Below are positions 36,750-46,020 of a stretch of 46,528 nucleotides of DNA, in pieces (position 1 is the stretch's first letter; each line of letters starts with the position of its first letter). Made by a program: the position numbers and the translations under genes. The stretch lies in the sequence record SRR20825019_238; one strand, given 5' to 3'. A model generated the notes under the pieces. It ran no database searches and was not told the DNA's origin. It worked only from the letters and a program-made list of their open reading frames with translations.

Positions 36750-39200
36750 ATGTTGATCAATCATCTTAAAATAGCCTGGCGAAGTATCTTAAAGAACAAA
36801 TTGTTTTCCTTCATCAATGTGGTTGGTCTTTCCATTGGCCTCTGCTCCGCATTGGTCATCGGGGCCATTATTTATTTCGATTTTTCGTTCGACACCTTCC
36901 ATAAGGACAAGGATAGGATATATCGGGTCACATCGCTTTTCAAGTCCGGAAACGATGAGTTTACCAATAGAGGTGTCCCTGTTCCCTTGATGCAGACCTT
37001 CAAGGACGGGGTTTCGGGAGTTGAGGAGGTGGCACCTTTTATGAGCGCGAATTTTTCAAAAGTTGAAAACAAAAGTCAGGAGGTGATTCTCAAAAATGTG
37101 AACGATGGTATTTTTGCCGACGAGGGCTATTTTCAATTATTTGATTACCAATGGCTGGCGGGCAATTCACAAACTGCACTATCAGAACCCGCACAAGTTG
37201 TGCTGACCAAGAATACCGCAGCAAAATATTTCCCCAAAAAAAGTCCTACAGATGTGATTGGAAGCACCTTGGTCTACAACGACTCCATCAATGTGAAGGT
37301 TTCGGGAGTTGTTGCTGATTTTGAAAAAAACACCGATTTCAAGTTTACGGATTTCATGTCCATGAGCTCCGCAAAAATGTTCGGCGAAAAAGAAATTGCG
37401 ACCAGTGATCAGTGGAACAACACAAGCTCTGGAGATCAATTGTTCTTCAAGGTCAGAGAAGGGGTCGATATGGCCGCCATACGGTCCCGATTGGATGCTT
37501 TGGCCAAAGAACACAAAAACACTGCAGCCTGGGCTGCGGATGATGAAAGGTTGTTCGTGCTGCAAAGCTTGCCTGAAATTCATTTTGGGGGCAAAAGCGG
37601 CGATTACCCATTCAACAACTCCGACCATGTGGCCAGCAAGACCGTTTTGACAAGCCTATCCTTTGTAGCATTGTTTTTATTGTTGTTGGGCTGCGCCAAC
37701 TTCATCAACCTAAATTCGGCCCAAGCACTCACGCGCGCAAAGGAAATCGGTATTCGAAAAACCTTGGGGAGCTCCAAAAAGCAAGTGGTGCGCCAATTTT
37801 TGGGAGAGACCTTCATATTGACCGTTCTGGCGACGCTCCTATCTCTTTTGATGGCTCCTTTCCTGTTGCAACAGTTTTCCGAGTTTTTACCAAGTGGGAT
37901 CGACCTTTCCGTTTTATATAGTATGCAAGGGATACTTGGAATTATTTTGTTGGTGACCATTGTAAGTATATTATCGGGCTTCTATCCCGCATTTGTGCTT
38001 TCGAAGTTTAGACCGGTTGCCGTGCTAAAGGGACAGTTTACAAAAGGAGACAAAGGCACGCGTTTGCGCAAGACCCTTACGGTTTTTCAATTTGTGGTCG
38101 CCCAAGTATTTGTAATAGCAACGATGTTGGTCACCAAACAACTGCATTTTGTCATGAACAAGGACATGGGCATCAAGACCGAGGCGGTGGCCTATGTGCG
38201 CCTTCCATGGAACGATAAGTCCGAAGTAAAAAAAGAAAGGTTGTTTTCCCAAATGGAGAAGATAAAGGGACTTTCCAAAGTAAGCTGGGGCGGAAACCCA
38301 CCCACTTCCAACAATATATCCTCCACAATTTTGACCTATTTCAAGGAAGAAAACGAGATGCACCAAGAAACCGAAATGCTCTGGGGGGACATAACCTATC
38401 TTAAAACCTACGGAATACCCCTATTGGCGGGCAGGGAAAGATTGAACGACAGTGTAAAGGAGTACATTGTAAACGAAAGGTTTGCCAAGGCTTTGGGCTT
38501 TCAAGATCCCGCTGAGGTCGTGGGCACTTTTCTAAAGATGGACAGCACACAAATTCCGGTAGTGGGACTAATGCGAGATTTTAACCAAAGGTCGTTAAGG
38601 TCGGACATTAAACCATTGGCCCTGACCGGGGATTGGGGCAACAGCAATTATTCCAGTTTTAATGCCATTCATTTTGACCTTGGCAATAATACCGATAATT
38701 GGAACGAAACCATTGAAGGCGTAGAACAGGCATGGGCTTCGGTTTATCCCGATCAAGAGATACAGGTAGAGTTCATGGACGAATTGGTGGAAGGCTTTTA
38801 CCGAAGGGAAAGAAGTACCGTACAGCTTTTAAAATGGGCCACAGGCCTGGCCATATTGATCAGTTGTTTGGGACTTATGGGCCTAGTCGTTTATACCACT
38901 GAAAGAAGGGTCAAAGAAATAGGGGTGCGAAAAGTATTGGGTGCCAATCTGGCCCAATTGAATATTTTATTGTGCAAGGAATTTTTGATTCTTGTAGCGG
39001 TTGCCTTTGCTGTTGCAGTGCCCATATCGTGGTATTTGGTGCAGGAATGGATAGAAAGCTTCGCGTATAAGACCGAACTAAGTTGGTGGGTATTCTTGGC
39101 AAGTGGAATCGGGATGGCCGTTATTGCCATGGCCGTAACCGGGGCAAGAACATACAAAACGGCCAACATCAACCCGATAGAAAGCTTAAGGAACGAATAG
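36750..39200 (+). CDS. Type VII ABC permease 6
   Basis: ANFINLNSAQALTRAKEIGIRK, ERRVKEIGVRKVLGA and NPIESLRNE. Confidence 0.93.
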   Translation: MLINHLKIAWRSILKNKLFSFINVVGLSIGLCSALVIGAIIYFDFSFDTFHKDKDRIYRVTSLFKSGNDEFTNRGVPVPLMQTFKDGVSGVEEVAPFMSANFSKVENKSQEVILKNVNDGIFADEGYFQLFDYQWLAGNSQTALSEPAQVVLTKNTAAKYFPKKSPTDVIGSTLVYNDSINVKVSGVVADFEKNTDFKFTDFMSMSSAKMFGEKEIATSDQWNNTSSGDQLFFKVREGVDMAAIRSRLDALAKEHKNTAAWAADDERLFVLQSLPEIHFGGKSGDYPFNNSDHVASKTVLTSLSFVALFLLLLGCANFINLNSAQALTRAKEIGIRKTLGSSKKQVVRQFLGETFILTVLATLLSLLMAPFLLQQFSEFLPSGIDLSVLYSMQGILGIILLVTIVSILSGFYPAFVLSKFRPVAVLKGQFTKGDKGTRLRKTLTVFQFVVAQVFVIATMLVTKQLHFVMNKDMGIKTEAVAYVRLPWNDKSEVKKERLFSQMEKIKGLSKVSWGGNPPTSNNISSTILTYFKEENEMHQETEMLWGDITYLKTYGIPLLAGRERLNDSVKEYIVNERFAKALGFQDPAEVVGTFLKMDSTQIPVVGLMRDFNQRSLRSDIKPLALTGDWGNSNYSSFNAIHFDLGNNTDNWNETIEGVEQAWASVYPDQEIQVEFMDELVEGFYRRERSTVQLLKWATGLAILISCLGLMGLVVYTTERRVKEIGVRKVLGANLAQLNILLCKEFLILVAVAFAVAVPISWYLVQEWIESFAYKTELSWWVFLASGIGMAVIAMAVTGARTYKTANINPIESLRNE

Positions 39201-39223
39201 ACTAACCAATCAAAACGAAAACC

Positions 39224-41635
39224 ATGTTCAAGAACTATTTAAAAATTGCTTGGAGAAACCTGATAAAGAACAAAATTTTCAGTGTAGCCAATATCGTTGG
39301 CCTTACCTGTGCGTTTGCTGTGTCCATTTTATTGACAATGACTGCATTGTTCGAACTATCCTTTGATCAATTTCATCTAAACAAGGACTCTGCCTATCAA
39401 GTCTACTTGACCAACCAGACCCCTAGGGGAGCCGAGACCAGCACATCCAACCCTGTTCCTTTGGCAAGTGCCCTCAAGGAAGAAGTGCCCGGAATAAAAC
39501 GAATCACCAGAACATTGAGTGAAGATGCCCTGATTTCTTTTAATGATAAAGATTTGGACTTAGATGCTGAATATGTGGATGCGGAGTTCTTCAATATTTT
39601 CACATTTCCCGTTATAGCAGGGAACATCAGTAATCCCCTGCCTTCCAAAAACGCGGTTTCCATCACCGAGGAAACAGCCACAAAAATGTTTGGAAACACC
39701 GATGTGGTCGGAAAGGTAGTTCAGGTGCAAATTGGAGGAGAGGAGCACCCATTCACAATTGCATCAATTTTAGAGAACACGCCCCCCAATAGTAGTATCG
39801 ATTTTGACATTGTAATACCGTTTGAGAACCATCCAGAATATGAATCGAACAAGGACGTCTGGAACTCACAATTTCACCCTGTTTATCTGCAATTGGAAGA
39901 TGGGATGACGCCACAACAATTTGAAATCAATTCAAGAGCCTTTGCCAACCTACATTACAAGGGAAGTATTGAAAGCGATAAAAGGGATGGTGCTTCACCC
40001 GATGAAAATGGTCAATACAAACAATTCCACCTTTTGCCAGTAAAGGACCTTCATTTTGCGACCTTTAAAGAAGGTCTGGTCGATACCGCCCATACTTTCC
40101 CCTATTTAATCTTGGGCGTTGCCTTGGTGATCATTTTTATAGTTTGTGCCAACTTCATAAATATGAACATTGCCCTGAGCGAAAAAAGATTAAAGGAAAT
40201 CGGTATGCGCAAAACACTAGGGGCCGTTAAACAACAATTGTTTTTCCAGTTTTGGATGGAGAGCCTTATCGTGTTTTTGATTGCTATTGGTCTCGGACTT
40301 TTGGTCAGTAATTTGCTTATTGGTCCGTTCAAGACCCTTTTTGTCACAAAGGCCACCTTTGCCAACGTGACCCAACCAGGAATTATAGCACTATTTGTTA
40401 TATCGATTTTTGTGATCACCCTTATTGCCGGAGGTTATCCTGCATTGATTTTGAGCAAACTCAGCACCTTGAGGGCACTAAAAGGAAAGTTGGATTTTGG
40501 GAAAAATCGGTTGAGAAACGGCCTGATCGTGCTTCAATTTGTGATTGCCATCATATTGATCAGCGGTACTTTAGTACTTCACGGACAAATAGAATTTTTG
40601 AGGAATAAGGACCTTGGGTACAATAAGGAGCAGGTAGTGTCCATTCCCTTGAACGGAAGAAAGGATAGTTATGCCGTACTGGAATTATTGCGTGATGAGC
40701 TTTCCCAGGCCCCAGGTGTTCTGAGTGTTTCCGGCTCCGACAGCAATTTGGGCCTTGGAAAGGATGGCAGCATTACCAGTAGTGCCATGGGATTTGATTA
40801 TAAAGGAAGAGGGTTGATCACAAATGCACTTACCGTGGATTACGATTACGCCAAAACCTTGGATATCGAGCTTCTGGAAGGACGCATGTTCGACAAAAAA
40901 TATAGCACCGACAGTCTGAGTTTGGTAATCAACGAAAGTATGGCCAAACAATTTGGGGAAGATGACCCGCTGTCCATCCGAATCAATATGGATGATTCCG
41001 TCACGTATTCTGTCGTTGGGGTTATAAAGGACTATTATTTTCAGGATGTAAAAAGAGAAGTGAAACCACTTACACTTTTCTTGAACCGCAACTGGGATTT
41101 ATATTACGCCTATGTGAAAATTGCTCCGGACAATGCCGCGCAATCCTTTGATGCCATAAAAGCCGCGTGGGAGAAGATTGAGCCCCAAGCTGACTTTTTG
41201 GGCTCATTTTTGGATGAAAACGTGGACCGCACCTTTAAAAGGGAGAAAACATTGGCCACCATTATAACCAGTGGCAGTATACTGGGGATTATTCTCAGCT
41301 GTTTGGGATTATTTGCCATATCCATGCTAGTGGTCGCACAACGTACAAAAGAAATCGGAGTGCGAAAGGTGGTCGGCGCCAGTATATCCTCTGTGGCCCT
41401 ATTGCTCACCAAGGATTTTTTAAAATTGGTAGGTCTGGCCTTCATCATTGCCACTCCGATATCCTGGTATTTTTTAAATGAATGGTTGCAGGACTATGCC
41501 TCCCATGTAAGCTTGAGTCCTTTGTTCTTTGTTGCGGCAGGGCTTACAGCTACATTGATTGCGTTTATTACAGTAGGATCCAGAACGGTAAAGGCCGCAT
41601 CTGCGAACCCAGTAAAGAGTTTACGAGACGAATAA
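39224..41635 (+). CDS. Type VII ABC permease 7
   Basis: ANFINMNIALSEKRLKEIGMRK, QRTKEIGVRKVVGA and NPVKSLRDE. Confidence 0.93.
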   Translation: MFKNYLKIAWRNLIKNKIFSVANIVGLTCAFAVSILLTMTALFELSFDQFHLNKDSAYQVYLTNQTPRGAETSTSNPVPLASALKEEVPGIKRITRTLSEDALISFNDKDLDLDAEYVDAEFFNIFTFPVIAGNISNPLPSKNAVSITEETATKMFGNTDVVGKVVQVQIGGEEHPFTIASILENTPPNSSIDFDIVIPFENHPEYESNKDVWNSQFHPVYLQLEDGMTPQQFEINSRAFANLHYKGSIESDKRDGASPDENGQYKQFHLLPVKDLHFATFKEGLVDTAHTFPYLILGVALVIIFIVCANFINMNIALSEKRLKEIGMRKTLGAVKQQLFFQFWMESLIVFLIAIGLGLLVSNLLIGPFKTLFVTKATFANVTQPGIIALFVISIFVITLIAGGYPALILSKLSTLRALKGKLDFGKNRLRNGLIVLQFVIAIILISGTLVLHGQIEFLRNKDLGYNKEQVVSIPLNGRKDSYAVLELLRDELSQAPGVLSVSGSDSNLGLGKDGSITSSAMGFDYKGRGLITNALTVDYDYAKTLDIELLEGRMFDKKYSTDSLSLVINESMAKQFGEDDPLSIRINMDDSVTYSVVGVIKDYYFQDVKREVKPLTLFLNRNWDLYYAYVKIAPDNAAQSFDAIKAAWEKIEPQADFLGSFLDENVDRTFKREKTLATIITSGSILGIILSCLGLFAISMLVVAQRTKEIGVRKVVGASISSVALLLTKDFLKLVGLAFIIATPISWYFLNEWLQDYASHVSLSPLFFVAAGLTATLIAFITVGSRTVKAASANPVKSLRDE

Positions 41636-41679
41636 GTCAAACAAAATGATGGGTGAGAGCCTAACCAAAAAAGGAAACC

Positions 41680-44106
41680 ATGCTTAAGAACTATCTAAAA
41701 ATCGCTCTAAGGTACTTGCTGAAGAACAAGTTGTATTCTATCATCAACATTTTTGGCCTTGCCGTGGGGATAGCCTCATTTGTTCTTATAATGCTCTATG
41801 TAAATTATGAAAAGAGCTATGACACATTTGAAGGTTCCGAAAATGTATATAGGATCTACATGGATTATCTTGAAGGGGACACTTATGTGCCGGGCGATGC
41901 CATGACGTATAATTCGTCAGGCCCAGCCTTAAAGGAAATGTTTCCTGAAGTACTGGATTATGTAAGGTTTTACTATTTTGAAAAATTAGCTTTTAAAGTT
42001 GGTGAAAAGATCTTGGAGCAGCCATTGGGGTCTTTGGCCGACCCTTCTTACTTTAATATATTCAACTACCCTTTGTCAAAAGGAGATTCCGAAACCGTTC
42101 TAACAGAACCTAATTCCATTGTTCTTTCAAAATCTTTTGCCGAAAAACTTTTTGGGAACGAAAACCCTTTAAGAAGAACAATTTCTGTATTTGAAGACGG
42201 CAAAGAGACCCAACTTACGGTTACAGGTATTATGGAAGATGTTCCTGAAACAGCTCATTACAGAAATTCGTTTCTAATTTCCTACGAGACCGAAAAAACA
42301 CTGACCGATTTTGGACCCACAGCCCATGAGCTAAACTGGAACATGAACAATTATTACACCTATTTGAAGTTGGCTCCAAACACCAATATTGATGTCTTGC
42401 GTCAAAAAATAATAGACAGCGATATTGAAAAAAGTGAAACCGAAAGACATAACATAGAACCTATTGAGGATATTCATTTGTATTCCGATAAACCTTATGA
42501 AGTCACGGCTAACGGTAGTGTTCTGAGAATAAAGTTCTTAACAGCTATAGCTTTTATCATCCTTGTTCTTTCTTGGTTGAACTATGTTAATCTTTCGACG
42601 ACCAAATCGATGGAAAGGGCAAAGGAAGCAGGCATAAGAAAAGTTGCCGGGGCAAAAAAATCGCAGCTCATAGTCCAATCTTTAATGGAATCCTTACTGC
42701 TTAACTTTATCGCCATTGCCATTGCCCTCTCGATAGTTTTTGGAGTACTCCCCTTCTATACCAACATCATAGGAAATGAGCTCAATCTTGATTGGGGGTT
42801 TATAGTAAGCTTTATCCCTTATTTTATTTTCATAATAGGAGGCGTGATTTTGGCTGGGCTTTATCCCGCGTTATTGCTCAGCAGGTATTCGCCGGCAAAA
42901 GCACTCAAAGGAAAGGTGAGGGCCTCTACCGAAGGCATTGGACTTCGAAAAGGACTTATTGTCACACAGTTTTTTGCTACGATCGTATTGTTAACAGGAA
43001 CATTCATTATCTCTAAGCAAATCAATTTTTTGGATAATCAACCTATCGGTGCCGATGTTGGTCAAATTATAGCCCTGCATGGAACGGTGGTCTCGACCCA
43101 ATCGGATTCTTTGGTAAATAATGATTTTAGGGTATTAAAAGAGCAATTAGAGGACTTCCCTTTTATTGAGAAGACCGCCATCGCCCAAACCTATCCAGGT
43201 GATAGTTTTGACAATCTGTCCTCAAGTCGTGGAATTTGGTTGCCCGACGGGAGAAGTGACAAAGCCAATATTTTCTATACCTATCATGCCCAACCGGATT
43301 ACTTTGATTTAATGGACATTGAATTTTTGGCCGGGGGGACCTTTGTTCTGAATTCCAAGTTTGAAGGGAATCAAATTGTGGTGAACGAGACATTTTTAAA
43401 AACAGTGGGAATCTCCTCACCTGAAGACCTGCTGAATAAAACTGTAAGTTTCTGGGGAAACAATGAATGGAAAGTTGTAGGTATTATCAAAGATTACTAT
43501 CACTTTGGATTAAAAACACCCGTTTTACCAACGATTGTCAGATATCAGGATGACATAAGCAATCTGTTGGTTAAAATTGACAAATCTTCTATATCAATTG
43601 CAGGATTGGAAACAGCATTGAGTCAAATTGAAAACAAATGGCATGAAATTTTCCCTCAAAGTACATTCAATTATACCTTTTTAGATGAAAAATTTGAAGC
43701 CCAATATGAACAGGACAAAGCTTTTGGAAAGGCCTTTCAGATTTTTACGGTTCTTTCTATTCTTATTGCATCATTGGGACTTTTTGGCCTTACGGCATAT
43801 ACCGTTGTGCTGCGGAAAAAGGAAATAGGCATAAGAAAGGTAAACGGCGCCACTATAACACAAGTACTAACCTTATTGAACAAGGACTTTGTAAAATTGT
43901 TAGGATTGGCCTTCATTATTGCGATACCAAGCTCTTGGTACGTAATGAACCAATGGTTGGAAGGATTTACGTATAGAACAAATTTCAGTTGGTGGATATT
44001 CGCTTTGGCGGGAACAACAGCACTTCTGATTACTTTTTTAACGGTAAGCTGGCAGAGTTTTAAAGCTGCTATCGCCAATCCAGTGGAATCATTAAAAGAC
44101 GAATAA
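41680..44106 (+). CDS. Type VII ABC permease 8
   Basis: LNYVNLSTTKSMERAKEAGIRK, RKKEIGIRKVNGA and NPVESLKDE. Confidence 0.93.
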   Translation: MLKNYLKIALRYLLKNKLYSIINIFGLAVGIASFVLIMLYVNYEKSYDTFEGSENVYRIYMDYLEGDTYVPGDAMTYNSSGPALKEMFPEVLDYVRFYYFEKLAFKVGEKILEQPLGSLADPSYFNIFNYPLSKGDSETVLTEPNSIVLSKSFAEKLFGNENPLRRTISVFEDGKETQLTVTGIMEDVPETAHYRNSFLISYETEKTLTDFGPTAHELNWNMNNYYTYLKLAPNTNIDVLRQKIIDSDIEKSETERHNIEPIEDIHLYSDKPYEVTANGSVLRIKFLTAIAFIILVLSWLNYVNLSTTKSMERAKEAGIRKVAGAKKSQLIVQSLMESLLLNFIAIAIALSIVFGVLPFYTNIIGNELNLDWGFIVSFIPYFIFIIGGVILAGLYPALLLSRYSPAKALKGKVRASTEGIGLRKGLIVTQFFATIVLLTGTFIISKQINFLDNQPIGADVGQIIALHGTVVSTQSDSLVNNDFRVLKEQLEDFPFIEKTAIAQTYPGDSFDNLSSSRGIWLPDGRSDKANIFYTYHAQPDYFDLMDIEFLAGGTFVLNSKFEGNQIVVNETFLKTVGISSPEDLLNKTVSFWGNNEWKVVGIIKDYYHFGLKTPVLPTIVRYQDDISNLLVKIDKSSISIAGLETALSQIENKWHEIFPQSTFNYTFLDEKFEAQYEQDKAFGKAFQIFTVLSILIASLGLFGLTAYTVVLRKKEIGIRKVNGATITQVLTLLNKDFVKLLGLAFIIAIPSSWYVMNQWLEGFTYRTNFSWWIFALAGTTALLITFLTVSWQSFKAAIANPVESLKDE

Positions 44107-44117
44107 ATAAACATACT

Positions 44118-44780
44118 ATGCTATTACAACTCAACAACATATTCAAATGGGTCACTACGGGAGGCCAACGTATTTTTTTGCTGAAAGATATCAATCTGGA
44201 AGTGGAAGAAGGAGAGTTTATTTCAATAATGGGACCTTCGGGATCGGGAAAATCCACTTTGCTCAACGTGATCGGGATGTTGGATACTTTTGATGAGGGA
44301 GAATACAACTTCATGGATGAATCAGTCCATTCCCTTAAAGAAAAACACCGTTCCAACCTGTACAAACAATACATCGGCTTTGTGTTCCAATCCTACCACT
44401 TATTGGATGAACTTACGGTTAAGGAAAATTTGGAAATGCCCTTGATTTATAAAAAAATCAAAGGCTCCGAACGCAAGGCCATGGTGGCCGATATGCTGGA
44501 CCGTTTCAATATTGTGGGCAAAAAGGACCTTTTCCCAGCTCAGTTGAGTGGTGGACAGCAACAGCTGGTCGGGGTGGCGAGGGCTTTGATTGCCAGCCCA
44601 AAATTGATTTTGGCGGATGAGCCCACAGGTAACCTCAATTCCAAACAGGGCGAGGAAATCATGGAGCTATTCAAGCAATTAAATGAAGAAGGGGTGACCA
44701 TTATCCAGGTGACACATTCGGAGAAAAATGCCGAATATGGATCCAGAATCATCAATTTGTTGGACGGGAGAATGGTTTGA
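44118..44780 (+). CDS. ABC transporter ATP-binding protein 2 (LolD/MacB-type)
   Basis: GPSGSGKS, LSGGQQQLVGVARAL, LADEPTGNLN and VTH. Confidence 0.95.
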   Translation: MLLQLNNIFKWVTTGGQRIFLLKDINLEVEEGEFISIMGPSGSGKSTLLNVIGMLDTFDEGEYNFMDESVHSLKEKHRSNLYKQYIGFVFQSYHLLDELTVKENLEMPLIYKKIKGSERKAMVADMLDRFNIVGKKDLFPAQLSGGQQQLVGVARALIASPKLILADEPTGNLNSKQGEEIMELFKQLNEEGVTIIQVTHSEKNAEYGSRIINLLDGRMV

Positions 44781-44803
44781 TTTATAATACCAAAAGTAAA
44801 GTT

Positions 44804-44848
44804 CAAGTTCAAACTCAATACCAGAAAAATTATTGATTCTTGAACTTG
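44804..44848. terminator. Imperfect hairpin between convergent genes
   Basis: CAAGTTCAA..TCAATA / TATTGA...TTGAACTTG inverted repeat. Confidence 0.45.
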
Positions 44849-44865
44849 TTGTTTGCTCTTGATTT

Positions 44866-45987
44866 TTATTGATTGGCTAAATCCGCAAGTTCTTGGCCAA
44901 CAAGACTGCCAAGGGCCACGCCCATACCGCCCAAACGGACACCACAGTAAACGGAGTTGGAAATCTCTTTTACTATGGGCGACTTTTGGGTGCCGACACC
45001 CATGATGCCGCACCACCTTCGCTCAATTTTTACGGTTTGTTTGGGCAAAATCATATTACGGAGCAATGCTTCAAGCTTATCTTGGATGATTTGTGTTTCC
45101 CCAAATTCGGTGGTTTCCTCGGTATCAAAATCAAGGTTTCTTCCTCCACCGAATAGGATTCTGTCATCTATGTTCCGGAAATAATAGTAGCCTTCATCAA
45201 AATGGAATGTTCCCTTTATGTGCAGATTTTTGATGGGCTCCGTAATCAAAACTTGGGCTCTTGCAGGTTTTACGGTTTCTGACGGTAATAGTTTGGATGC
45301 AAACCCGTTGGTGGCTACAAATACTTTCTTGGATTGGAATTCAAAGTCGGTTGTTCTGATGATTCCAACACCATTGGAATCTGTTACGCCTTGCACCATT
45401 ACGCCGTTTAAAATCGGTATGTCCATTGATATACATTTTTGAATCAAGGAACGCATCATTTTGCCCGTATCCAATTGCCCTTCAAACTGATGTGTGATAT
45501 ATTTTTTTTGAATATTTTCAAAATTGAACAGATTTCCAATAGTGAGGAAAGGGTGTTCCCCGAAGATTGGGGTCATCAGCCGATTTAGATAAGGGATGGA
45601 TTCACGACATTTTTCGAACAGCTCTGGTTTATCCAATGGGAACAGTTCATGACTTCCATGCATTTGAAAGCCTAAGGCTTCGTCTCCCAATAAACGGCGT
45701 AATCGATGAATGCCGTTCCAGCGTTTTTCAACGAGCTTCACCACTTCTTCTTCTGAATGGTGCTCCAAGTCCGATAGAATTTCCGAGGCGCTCCCAAAAC
45801 AAGCAAAACCTGCATTTTTGGTACTGGCTCCTTGTGGCAAACTGCCTTTTTCCAAAACCAGAACTTTACTGTGAGGATGTTTTTCCTTAAGGCGTATGGC
45901 ACAATTAATACCAACGATGCCGCTGCCGATTACGGTAAAATCAACATTGGAAAACCAACTTTTATATTCCCAGTAACTTAATTGCAT
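44866..45987 (-). CDS. FAD-dependent oxidoreductase (DAO/PuuB-like family)
   Basis: SYW start, VIGSGIVG dinucleotide motif, GASTKNAGF, VATNG and GGMGV. Confidence 0.9.
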   Translation of the reverse strand: MQLSYWEYKSWFSNVDFTVIGSGIVGINCAIRLKEKHPHSKVLVLEKGSLPQGASTKNAGFACFGSASEILSDLEHHSEEEVVKLVEKRWNGIHRLRRLLGDEALGFQMHGSHELFPLDKPELFEKCRESIPYLNRLMTPIFGEHPFLTIGNLFNFENIQKKYITHQFEGQLDTGKMMRSLIQKCISMDIPILNGVMVQGVTDSNGVGIIRTTDFEFQSKKVFVATNGFASKLLPSETVKPARAQVLITEPIKNLHIKGTFHFDEGYYYFRNIDDRILFGGGRNLDFDTEETTEFGETQIIQDKLEALLRNMILPKQTVKIERRWCGIMGVGTQKSPIVKEISNSVYCGVRLGGMGVALGSLVGQELADLANQ

Positions 45988-45993
45988 AAAAGA

Positions 45994-46018
45994 AAAGCCC
46001 CGATAAATTCGGGGCTTT
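45994..46018 (-). terminator. Intrinsic terminator after accC
   Basis: Minus strand AAAGCCCCGA-ATTTA-TCGGGGCTTT followed by TCTTTT. Confidence 0.8.
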
Positions 46019-46020
46019 GA

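Noticed and set aside
24611-39218. Junction repeats as a CRISPR array or integron attC sites
   Set aside because: Spacing is whole genes (~2.4 kb), the repeats are non-palindromic, there are no RYYYAAC/GTTRRRY boxes, and no cas or integrase gene is in the window.
24640-44106. Permease array as an assembly artefact or recent amplification
   Set aside because: The eight proteins differ extensively in sequence and length (788-816 aa), unlike collapsed or duplicated identical repeats.
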